Shown in pieces: positions 12,603 through 23,112 of a DNA stretch of 64,000 bases. Source of the DNA: Saccostrea cucullata (lineage: Eukaryota); assembly GCF_032062105.1 (NCBI RefSeq), contig NW_026926145.1, positions 124,001 through 188,000 on the forward strand, in the 5' to 3' direction. A program made the position numbers and the translations under genes. The first letter of the stretch is position 1. Every line of letters begins with the position of its first letter. The notes beneath the pieces were generated by a model that was not told the DNA's origin, searched no databases, and saw only the letters and a list, made by a program, of their open reading frames with translations.

Positions 12603-12656
12603 ATGTCAGCTGTGAGACGTCATAGGACTTTTCAACGTTTTCTTGCTATTTCAAAG
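12603..12656 (+). CDS. LIAS: LIAS exon 1 (mitochondrial targeting peptide)
   Basis: [18 protein letters not shown]|gtagc. Confidence 0.75.
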
Positions 12657-15600
12657 GTAGCATTTGTATTAAATCCACATTATATCCTTAATTTTGAATT
12701 TGTTGTGATGGACATTCATATAAACTTCTTTGAAATGGACGTTATTCATCCAAAACTGGATGGAAACTGACTCGAATTTTCTCTGCTGAATTAAGTAATC
12801 CTGCTTGAATGAACAATTATTCACGGACATGTTTTAAATTGAAGTCATTGGATATTTCCATATTCTAGTTCCTGTATCTAATATAATAGGGTTTTTAATA
12901 TAAAACTAAATCCATGTTTGCCTTTAAATATGAGAAAATCCATGAATTATCATGATTATTTAAGTCTTATGTAATCACAGCAGAGCTTGCATAAAATAAG
13001 CTGGTAAGGTGTTTGCTTGCCAAGTTCCTCAACAAGGTGTGTAAAGAATTTACTCATAAGTTGATAAAAAACATATAGTAAAAGATTTTTTTACAAGTCA
13101 GGTCCTTGTTATGGTAGTGGAAAATAAATGAATGTTAAACATTTTGGTTGAAAATGTTACTTTTTTGTAATCAAGAATACATTAATATTTAGAAATGATG
13201 ATTAAAAAACATATAGATCAATTAAAAAACAAATTTTAAAAGAACCAAATATAAATAATTTCTAAATGTTCCTGTTAATTCTTGTAAATGAACAAGGTTT
13301 TGTTTTTTTCCAGGTTACTGAAAGTACTTCATTTTGCAAATTCTATGCAACCTTATCAGATGAACAGAAAAAGAAATTAACTGATGGGTTAGTAAATAAA
13401 AGACCTTGTAGGTTTTTTTTAAACCAAAAATAGGGAGCCCAGCAAGTGATACAGGAAACATCAGAAGGAAAAAGGGAGAGAGGTGAAGGATAAAATCACA
13501 AGAATTGTTTATAATATTCACTACTGTAAATCACTTTTTATTTGCGAGAACTTTATTTTTGCATAATTGGGCGAGACAGTGTGCTCACAAAAAATGTCAT
13601 TCTTGCAAATAATAGTTTTCATTAAGATAATATATAGCAATAACCACAATTCGTGAGTTTTATCTTGCTAATAAAGAGTCAATAACTATCTCGCAAATAG
13701 TTGGCTCCACAAAAATTGACCAATTTGACAGAATTTGAGATGCAAGTCATTTGATTATAATTATGTCGCCCGGAACGAAGTTGGGCAACATATTGTGATT
13801 GTACACATGTTTTTGTTGTCCAGGCTATTTCTCAGTGATGGCTGGAACAATATTCCTGAAACTTTCCTCAAAGGCCGACCACTGGTTGTAGTTGTGTTGT
13901 GTGGTCATTCAGTTTCAAAATGCTACCGTTGCCATGGAATGTTTTGGTAATACATGTAATTAAAGACTGAAAAAATGTTTAAAGTCAGCTATGCGGAGTA
14001 AATTTAGTGTATACGGGGACACAATAATAATATACGACAAGTGATCCCAGCAACATCCGTTCCTTCTGTTTCACTAGTGTGGTCATCACAAAGGTGCATG
14101 GAAGATATTCGTCATGAAACTTTTTTATTTTATGTCTTTTTGTGTGATTAGTAATTAAATATTTTCGTGGTGTGCGGTGTTTTTAAACATGCATCTTTAA
14201 AATTTTCAAATAATCAATTATTTATTGCCATGGAATATTTAGAAATGATGATTAAAAAAAATAGTCAATTAAAAAACAAATTTTACTTTAACTTTGATTT
14301 TTAAATCAAAGTACTGAAAAAGGACCTGATACGAATTGATGGTTGTCCAAGCTTAGCTAATGGGTATTGTATAATTTAGTGATACAAAACTTTATTTTTA
14401 CATAAATGTCATTCTTGCAAATAATAGTTTTCATTAAGATAATATATAGCAATAACCACAATTGTGAGTCCATGGCAAATAGTTGGCTCCACAAAAATTG
14501 ACAAATTAGACAGAATCTGGGGCAACATTTTATGATATTTATCTTTCATTGATTTATTACTTTCAGCATCAAAGTTATTATGTATTTATACCAGAGCAGC
14601 ATCCAACCTCAGCATATTGCACATTACAAACGGTTTTTGTGTACCACACTAAGGTCAATCATGTATGATTTTACAGATTAAGACTTCCTAAATGGTTAAA
14701 AACAGATGTTGCCATGGGAAAAGATTATCACAGACTGAAGGAAAACCTGAGAGATCTGAAACTTCATACAGTAAGAAGTATTGAAATAAAATATCGAATT
14801 TTTAATCTGATGAAGGTAATATGTTGACCTTGCTATACATGTATCTTGGATTTTCAGATATCTTGATGTGTATATTACAGGTTTGTGAGGAGGCAAAATG
14901 TCCAAACATTGGGGAATGCTGGGGTGGAGCAAAGGGGACAGCTACAGCCACTATCATGGTATAAACTGGGAGAAAATATTACTGTAAAATAATGTGATTT
15001 ATTTACCGAGGCTGAGTCTAATTATTTCTATCCTAGGGATTTTAATTATTTTTCATAAATTAATTTTTACTTTATATAAATATTATTTAATATTTATTGT
15101 TTTAAGATTAAAAAATCATTATGTTTACTATCCCGATTTCTCAGTATGCCATCTCAAAAAGTTGTCAAATTTTACTATTGGACCCTATGGGAATTAGTTG
15201 GAAAAGCACAAAATTATCACATTTTTTCATTATTTTTGGTATTTCTGCCCTAAAGATTTCTTTTTCAGTCAAGTAGATGTAAGTTTTTGTAAAAAGTCAC
15301 CAAATTGTAAAATTTTAAAAAGTTGACCATCTAGGCTGGTCTAGGAATTAATTTCAAAGTCTATTTTTCAATGTCCAATACCTCTAAAATTGCCATAATG
15401 TATAAAACATATCCTTGCAGATGTATTATGGGAACAGATGAATTTTTTGGTAAAAAATAGCAATGTTTAGATTGCTAGATGTTTATTTTGATGTTCTGAC
15501 ATCAGTTTTGAGTATTATTTCCATGGAGGTCTTGAACATACAAGCGAGTCATGTGTCATTCTTCAGCGTCATGTATTGTTTACAAAATCAGACCACAATG

Positions 15601-18600
15601 AGGTCGTTAATAGCAATTTCAGCGTTAAATTAGTAATTTTTGTCGTAAAATAACATTTTCAGACCAGTTGGCGTTACAGATAATATTAATTTTGTATTCA
15701 AATTACAATATTTTGGAAAGGTGTACTGTCGCAAATATGACTGCATGAAATTAAAAAGCTGCGCAAAGTCATGCTCACTTGAATTAGACTCAGCCTAGTG
15801 AAGGAATCACTATCTGGTTAGTATAATATACCAGAGCATTTTCCCTGGCATAACTGTACTAACTATAGACAGTGATTCCTTATATTTCCATTTCATTGTG
15901 AAATAAAATTGTAGATTTAGATTTTAAATGTAGACTATTAATAGATTTAAATTACAAGAGGCCTCCCATGTGAATTTCAATGGTCCTCGCCCACTGTTAT
16001 CAAACACAAAGACAGCTGCATGAGAGTTACATGATTTACAGATTTTGGCCTTCTTAGCACCTGACCTATCGATTTGCCTAATTTACATTCTGGTAGAATT
16101 GTCAAGAAATCAACTCCACTAACTGGTAGAATTATCAAGAAATCAACTCCACTAACTTTCAAAAAGTTATCACAGAGAAAACAAATAGAAATGGAAATAT
16201 TGTAGTCATAAATGAAAGATTAAAAAAGACGTCACATCTGTGGAGAAAATTAAATATTTGTGTTGAGATTTTGATCATCCTTTACAGGTCCTTGGTGACA
16301 CGTGCACAAGAGGCTGCAGGTTTTGTTCAGTGAAGACGGCCAGGAACCCCCCTCCCCCTGATCCTCTGGAACCTGTCAACACAGCCAAAGCCATCACATC
16401 CTGGGGGTTAGATTATGTAGTGCTGACCTCAGTGGACAGGGATGGTAGATATAGTCTTTATCAGTACAATTATAGCCAACTTTCATGATTGGTTATAAGT
16501 TATATGTTTTTATACCCATGAAAAAGATACTGTAAACAAACTATTCTGGGACTATGAATTGTCATCTTTTATTGGCAATTTTGAACAAAAAAGTAATTTA
16601 ATGCTGCCAGCTGCCTGCTCTATATTTTAAAAATTTAAACAGTTTTCATTGAAATTTCATGAGATTGTAATTCTTTGACAAATCCTTAGCAAAATGAATG
16701 GTTCGCGGCGATTAATATTTGCGAGTTAAAGGAGGTCGCGGAAATCACGGATATTTCTCGCACGTGAATAAAAGTTGGTTGACAGTATCCTTAGAAATTT
16801 TTGAACCAGTGAAGTAGCTCTGGGACTATGAATAATTCTCATATTTAAGAAAAAATATGGTGAATTTTGAACAGAAAAGTAATTTAATGCTGCCAGCCGC
16901 CTGCTCTATATATTAAAAATTTAAACAGTTTTCATTTTTCATTGAAATTTCATGAAACTGTAATTTATTGATTGAATTGAAAAAGATAGATCTTAATGAA
17001 AAATGGATCCTGTGTTAGCATTTTGATTATTTGAAATTGTCATAAAAAAATCAAATCAAAGTCATGACATATTTTCACCTTTTCAAATGACATCAATTTT
17101 ACAGAGAGTGTGCTATGTGGAATGGTTAATAAAATATTCTACCTTACAGATCTCCCTGATGGTGGAGCTGCACACTTTGCTGAAACTGTGAGGGAAATCA
17201 AAAAAGGGTGACTATTTTATATCAAAATCTAATGTTCTAGAAATTGTTTCGATGAAAATTGTAAGATTTTGTGTTTCATTAAAAAATTAAAATATATTAA
17301 TTGGTGTATTTGGGTAATTGTAGAAAGTCAGAAATCCTAGTGGAGTGCTTGACCCCTGACTTTCGTGGTGACCTGGGCTGTGTAGCCACCGTGGCAGATT
17401 CAGGGTTAGATGTCTACGCCCACAATGTGGAGACAGTGGAGGACCTTCAGTGGTAAGATGTCAATCATTGTAGTATTGTATGAGTAGAATTTTAGCAAGA
17501 CATAAATTTAGCAATTTTTCTTAGAAATTTAGTATTTGATTTTAGCAAGAAATAATTTTATTGATTATGTGTTGTCTTAAAAGATAATATTATACTCTAA
17601 TGTAAATTAGTTGAAACTGATTGGTCGAGAAACATTTATTAAAAAACACTATTACCTGCTGAGTAATGAAGCCACGCCCTCCAGTGTAGCAACAGTCAAC
17701 TTTGCTAAAATTGCCAAAATTGAGTCCTTGATAAAATTTGTTTATATTGTATTCAGAATAATGTGGTTTGACTTTAGCAGTTTATTTTCATTCAAGATAA
17801 TAACTGAAATAGTTATCATTCTCTCCTATATGCAATATTTAATAAATTCTCAAATGTAGGAAAATTGAAAAATTTTCAATATTGAAAATCAACATTATAA
17901 AAGTGATTTTGATTTGTATTCAGAATAATGTGGTTTAACTGTGATTTAATTAAATAATACCTTTATTTCATACCTCTATTAAAGAATATGCAGGAAACAG
18001 TTGTTGTTGTAGCTAAATTGATTATTAGAAGTATTTATTTTATTTGACATATTTATTTTATTTCAAAGGTTGGTCAGAGATCCAAGAGCCAATTATAAAC
18101 AGTCCCTAAGTGTACTCAAGTTTGTGAAGTCACATAAACCTGATCTTGTTACTAAGACCTCCATAATGCTAGGACTGGGGGAGACTGATGACCAGATTAT
18201 GAGAGTCCTGGAGGGTAAGTGACCGATTACTGCTGGAGAATAGAAAGTTAATGAAGGAAATGAAAATATCAAAGAAAATGTATTAAACAGTAATAAATGT
18301 GTACAGTTTTGAAGCAAAAGAAGAGAAATTTGAAACATAACTTGCTGTATATATACAGATTTAAGGAAGATAGATGTTGATTGTGTGACCTTGGGACAGT
18401 ACATGCAGCCCACAAAGCGGCATCTGAAGGTCAAAGAGTACGTCCATCCTGACAAGTATAAGTACTGGGAGGAGGTGGGCAATAAACTGGGCTTTGCTTA
18501 CACAGCAAGTGGGCCGCTGGTCAGATCCTCATATAAAGCAGGTTTGTGTGTCTATGGCTGCAAATTTTTAGATTATTACAAAGAATCCATTTCATTTCTC

Positions 18601-18825
18601 TGAAAATTACACTTTAAAATGTGTTGATTATTAGCGGTTATATATGTTGGAGAGCAATTGTTTGCCATTTGAATACTTTTTCATCATTTTAGCAATAGTT
18701 TCCTCAGTAGAAGTGAAAGAGATATGAAAATGACAGATTATTGATTTATTTTAGGGGAGTTTTACCTGAAAAATCTACTGAAATCAAGAAAAGAACTCTC
18801 TATATCTGCTGAGATGGTGACATAA
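12603..18825 (+). CDS. LIAS: Lipoyl synthase, mitochondrial (radical SAM); exons 12603-12656, 13314-13387 (or -13482), 14677-14770, 14881-14958, 16288-16444, 17150-17207, 17324-17452, 18069-18214, 18359-18541, 18755-18825; 347 aa with short exon 2
   Basis: Auxiliary-cluster motif [12 protein letters not shown], radical-SAM motif [43 protein letters not shown] and [12 protein letters not shown]. Arg-rich, acid-free N-terminal presequence. All phases are consistent. Confidence 0.96.
13314..13387 (+). CDS. LIAS: LIAS exon 2 (3' boundary uncertain: 13387 or 13482)
   Basis: ttttttccag|[25 protein letters not shown]|gttagt; in phase with exon 3. Confidence 0.7.
13522..13705. mobile_element. MITE of the TA-CTGT family, right end degenerate
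   Basis: Begins TACTGTAAATCACTTTTTATTTGCG, nearly identical to the reverse complement of 23451-23475. Internal TTAAGATAATATATAGCAATAACCAC matches 23295-23322 in reverse. Confidence 0.7.
13761..14078 (+). mobile_element. Degenerate HINE-like element
   Basis: 5' hairpin ATGTCGCCCGGAAC-GAA-GTTGGGCAACAT (same AACGAAGTT loop region as 1-29); 3' GCAACAT repeat and a CTAGT end. Confidence 0.55.
14677..14770 (+). CDS. LIAS: LIAS exon 3
   Basis: [31 protein letters not shown]|gtaag. Confidence 0.95.
14881..14958 (+). CDS. LIAS: LIAS exon 4
   Basis: [26 protein letters not shown]. Confidence 0.97.
15009..15796. mobile_element. ~790-bp non-autonomous TIR element in LIAS intron 4
   Basis: Perfect 15-bp inverted repeat AGGCTGAGTCTAATT / AATTAGACTCAGCCT; AT-rich non-coding interior; no clear TSD. 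Confidence 0.7.
15801..15881. repeat. 81-nt imperfect palindrome (mini foldback element)
   Basis: AAGGAATCACTATCTGGTTAGTATAATATACCAG...CTGGCATAACTGTACTAACTATAGACAGTGATTCCTT. Confidence 0.8.
16090..16156 (+). repeat. 33-bp tandem duplication
   Basis: CTGGTAGAATTRTCAAGAAATCAACTCCACTAA x2. Confidence 0.9.
16288..16444 (+). CDS. LIAS: LIAS exon 5
   Basis: [23 protein letters not shown]...[10 protein letters not shown]. Confidence 0.97.
16528..16787. mobile_element. TA-CTGT-type MITE containing a copy of downstream flank
   Basis: TACTGTAAACAAACTATT...AAAAGTTGGTTGACAGTA ends; internal 16546-16673 duplicates 16820-16965. Confidence 0.7.
17150..17207 (+). CDS. LIAS: LIAS exon 6
   Basis: [19 protein letters not shown]. 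Confidence 0.95.
17324..17452 (+). CDS. LIAS: LIAS exon 7
   Basis: [16 protein letters not shown]...[18 protein letters not shown]. Confidence 0.96.
18069..18214 (+). CDS. LIAS: LIAS exon 8
   Basis: [17 protein letters not shown]...[15 protein letters not shown]. Confidence 0.96.
18359..18541 (+). CDS. LIAS: LIAS exon 9
   Basis: [23 protein letters not shown]...[12 protein letters not shown]. Confidence 0.97.
18755..18825 (+). CDS. LIAS: LIAS exon 10 (terminal)
   Basis: [26 protein letters not shown]; AATAAA at ~19034 and ~19123. Confidence 0.92.
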
Positions 18826-19566
18826 GCATTAATTTTTACTTCAATTTGTTTTTATCAAGTGTAATATTTATTGTCAAGGGACATAACCCTTACTTGTGCA
18901 AGATGAATGGAAATTTATGTGTCATTTGAGAAAAATCGGATTCATTTAAAAATAACTGGTAAAGGTGCACATTTAAAGTATTATTGTTATTGTGACAGAA
19001 AGAATCTCTCTTAATTTATCTGTTAAGTGTCAGAATAAACCAATTGTTTAACCAAATATTTTAACATGTAGAGATTTATATGTTAATTGTTGATTTACTA
19101 CCTGAAAACATTTTAGTTTGAAAATAAACACTAAAAATCTCATTGACAGTGTTCCTTAATGATGACTTGTGTCTAGATTTTGACATGTTACCTTGCAATA
19201 TTGTGATATTACGCTAAATGTTAGAAAATTAAACTTTACGGAAAAAATTTAATAGCTACCCAGGTTAAACTTGAATCTTTGATGCTTCAGATCAGTTTAT
19301 ACAGTAAATCTTGGGTATGATAGCTAATATTTACATTTTTATAAGTGTAGTTTTCCTTAGGAATTCTTTCATTTCATTTATTATTCATCTTTTCTTGATA
19401 AAGTCTACCATGGATGCATTTCAATATACTATCTCCATTGTTATGTCACAATACCACACTTAACATAAGACTATAGTGCTAACTGTTTTGCTTTAAAAAT
19501 GACAGTTGAATGGCGTAAATTTGTGGCTACTCATCAGAAAAATAATGTAAATATAAGAAATGAATT

Positions 19567-19670
19567 TAATTTTTGAAGATTCATGAGGTATATGAACTAC
19601 AACGCTTCACGCTGGCATATTCATCGTGAAGTGCTAACCTCATCATAATCTCATGAATCTTCAGAGATTA
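19567..19670. repeat. ~100-nt foldback palindrome (MITE-like)
   Basis: TAATTTTTGAAGATTCATGAG...CTCATGAATCTTCAGAGATTA outer arms; CTTCACG...CGTGAAG inner arms. Confidence 0.75.
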
Positions 19671-21095
19671 CTATATAATACAACATTACACTCTGAAAGT
19701 ATCTCGGGGAAAAAACAGTCCTGAACTATTTTAATGACCCAAACTCATAGCTGCTAGCTTGTTTTATTTCTAAAAGAATGAGTGCACTTAATACGTATTT
19801 AAACTATCGCTATCTTTTTGCTTAACATTCAATATATGATAAATTAATCTATGATTAATGTGCAAGCATATGCTTTTGATATTTATTTCTAAAATTTTTT
19901 GTCATACATATTTTTATATAACAGAAAATGTAATTGAAAAGAACATGTAAAAGCCTTATGTGGCAAATTTGAATCGGGATGATTACATATATGTAAATCA
20001 TTTAAACCGCATGGTTGTGGAATGTAAACATTAGCACATATGATTTTTTCGCATTGCGAATTGAAATGGAGAAGAGAGAGAGAGATCGTGTTGATTTGTT
20101 GATTTCATGGTGCACAATTATTAAATGATTCTAATGTTAAGGGATGGGGTAAACTGTGCAATCATAATATGAGGCGACATAAGCCTATACATGTACTTAC
20201 TAATGACACTGTCAACGCCAGAATTCTTTCAAAACACCCCTATTGAAAAGCATAAAGATAAATAAGAGACATGTTATTCTCAAACCTTGTAAAGGCAAAA
20301 ATCTCCCATAGTTTGAAGTTGGAAGTACATAGATAATGTCACAACAGAGACATGAAACACAATGAAATTTTCAAAATTTCAGTCAGAAGGTCATAAAAGG
20401 TGATTATAATATCAACTTGAAAATTAACATGAAACAGTTAAAAAATATTGTCTAATTTCACTTTTTTAAAAACTTTAGCCGCAACTTGGCCAACATTGTC
20501 CCTTGGATATGTATAAGTTTAAGTTAAAAAATATTCTGTGCAAATGAAAAATGGCCAAGTTGGGGACTGTAAACAAAGTCGTTGAAAACTGGTATGCATA
20601 TGAATAACAATAGAAATGAGACAAAACTGTGCCTCGTCTCCACACTAGTGTATATTATTTAATAATTTCATTGTAATATAATATACCAAAACCTGCTCTT
20701 TAGACATTGTTTATTACCTATAACATTAAAACATAAATTTAATGAATTTTGGACATTTTTTTTGTGCAAAACACGATCTGTTAGTAAGGTGCATAATTTT
20801 TATAACATCTTGATGTTAAAGTATGTATTGAACAAGTAAGATTATTGTCATGTAACAAAATTGCAATTATGAAAATATAACTCTGGTCCACAAATGATTG
20901 CAAACATGTAGTTTGATCTTGAATTGAAAAGGTACATGTATCCATAAATAGAGATGTACAATTAATCTTGCACTTTATACTGTTCTACTTAAAAATAAAA
21001 TGAAACTGTGTAAAAAACACTATAACACTTTTTATAAAACTTTATGACACATTGTGTAAAAAAGCTTTTGATTTTTTTCCACTTGCACCACTGAG

Positions 21096-21390
21096 AGTAT
21101 TAAAGCCTGTGTAATTATTTACAATGGAAAACTAACATCCCATCACTAGCAAAGAAATAATGTATGCTGCATACTCTCAACTGTGGAAAATATGCATGTT
21201 CCTACTTTTTTACAGCCATATAATTCAAGATGTACAATTAATATTGATTTGACTTTTCCATAAAATCTTTGTTTAATACAAATCTCATCATTTCACATTT
21301 TAATCGATTAATTATTTGAATACCAGTATTAAAGCCTGTGTAATTATTTACAATAGAAAACTAGCATCCCATCACTTGCAAAGAACTATG
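21096..21390 (+). repeat. Local direct duplication (~60-bp core, 230 bp apart)
   Basis: AGTATTAAAGCCTGTGTAATTATTTACAATRGAAAACTARCATCCCATCACTWGCAAAGAA at ~21097 and ~21326. Confidence 0.85.
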
Positions 21391-21393
21391 CAA

Positions 21394-22012
21394 TTAAGGG
21401 GGATATCCACCTATATTTTCCACTGAAACACAAAAAGCATCATTATATTCTGAATTAGTCTTGGATATGAATTAATGTTTCTTAAATCTTTTCTCATGTT
21501 TTATGCATATAAAATTAAGATGTTTTAAAAATATTTTCTGTTTTCCGTTGATTTCTATAGTGAAAAACACAAATTTTAGAGTTATCTCTCATTTTCCCAA
21601 ATAAGAAATGTTTTATGAAAATCCACATAAATATCAATATATATATTAAAAATCATTCGAATATCTTAACTTTTGAAAATTGACTTGGAGGTAGGCAGGA
21701 GAACAATACTATCGTTCACAGTTCTTTTACACACTACAACAGAGTTCCTCTGAATGATGAAAAAATTTCCTCGTGTCTTTTTAAAAATTTTTTTCATTGA
21801 ACATGAGGTTCTATCCAATTCTTCACGCATAAATATCTTACATTATAAACCATGAATAATAATAATGAAACAAATTGATCTTTTTCACACACCATTTTTA
21901 TTTCTATGGAAACATATCTTAACGGCATGTATGGATGTAAGTTGCATTCATCATAAAATATATAATACTTGTATTTATATAACAAAATATTGTGTCAACT
22001 CCCCACTCTTAA
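21394..22012. mobile_element. Possible TTAA-flanked (Kolobok-like) non-autonomous element
   Basis: TTAA-GGGGGATATCCAC...GTGTCAACTCCCCACTC-TTAA; the inverted repeat is weak. Confidence 0.35.
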
Positions 22013-22851
22013 TGCTCACTCACTAATGCTTAAAAAGCTGCTACATGTACCAAAAATATTGATCTCTATTTTGTAGTGATGTGTATTTGCGTAATTTGCA
22101 GGTGTCTTTGCGTGGAATGACCTAGAGTTACCCCCCTTGGAATGATTTTAGTTGATATGGTCTGTTTAGTTGTGTTGCAATAAATTTTATATAAACTTTT
22201 ATAAAATCAAATTGTTGCATGAGTTTGAACATTAAATGTGTGATTAACTAAAAATGTAATAAATAGCACACACTCATACAGACAAGACTCGCACATCACA
22301 GTTTATTCCCTTTCACACAAGTCCCTCATCTATAAAGTTCTTAACAGCTTATACATAAACAACCCAATCACAAACTCCTGATAACTATATGGGTCAAGTC
22401 TGTACAGTTTGAGCTTTGTTTGACAGCACCATCTTAACAATGATTTGCAGTACCTTTTGTGGCGTGTGGAGAGATATTGTCAATATCGATAGGAGCTTAC
22501 ACAGCAACTTGTGCAGTTACACACCTTTGTTCAATGTATTATAATAACTTGCATCCAATGTACTGTGCATCATCTACTATAATGTAAAACCTCACAGCGA
22601 GATCATTCCTGTACACTTGGTATTTCATACAGATAAACAGTATGAATTTTGTATTCACACATTGTACAATTCATTGACCAGCAATGTCTTGGGAGATTCC
22701 AAAAGCGCCACAACTTTGTCATTACGAAAGTCTGGAATCGGTCCTCAGCGAAATCACATTTTGATTCTGCAGCCATCAGCTGCCGGTACTGCATATGCCA
22801 GTCATATATCACACAGAAATATAGCACTTTGTCACGTTGGGAGCTCTAGCC

Positions 22852-23112
22852 TCAGTGTTTCTCCGGAATGCTCAGTTTAAGAGCTGCTATTTGTTCCTCA
22901 CCGAGAGCTATTTTATCCACCAGCTCCTGTTTTTCTATTGTCAGTTTTGATTTCATTTTGACATAATACTTGTAGTCCGCGAACTCCTCTTCACTCAGTG
23001 CCTCCTGTAGGAACACCTCGATCTGTTCGCTACGCTTTTCTATGTCCGCCTTTAAAACCTTGGCATCTTCATGCTGCTGTTTCACTCTGTCTCGTTTCTC
23101 AACAGCCATTTT
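22852..23112 (-). CDS. SHROOM: Shroom terminal exon (ASD2 C-terminal coiled coil)
   Basis: ttttag|KMAVEKRDRVKQQHEDAKVLK...LGEEQIAALKLSIPEKH-TGA. Confidence 0.95.
   Translation of the reverse strand, partial: KMAVEKRDRVKQQHEDAKVLKADIEKRSEQIEVFLQEALSEEEFADYKYYVKMKSKLTIEKQELVDKIALGEEQIAALKLSIPEKH

Noticed and set aside
22846-22854. Stop readthrough or selenocysteine at the Shroom TGA
   Set aside because: TGA GGC TAG: a second stop follows after one codon and the context is not a readthrough motif.
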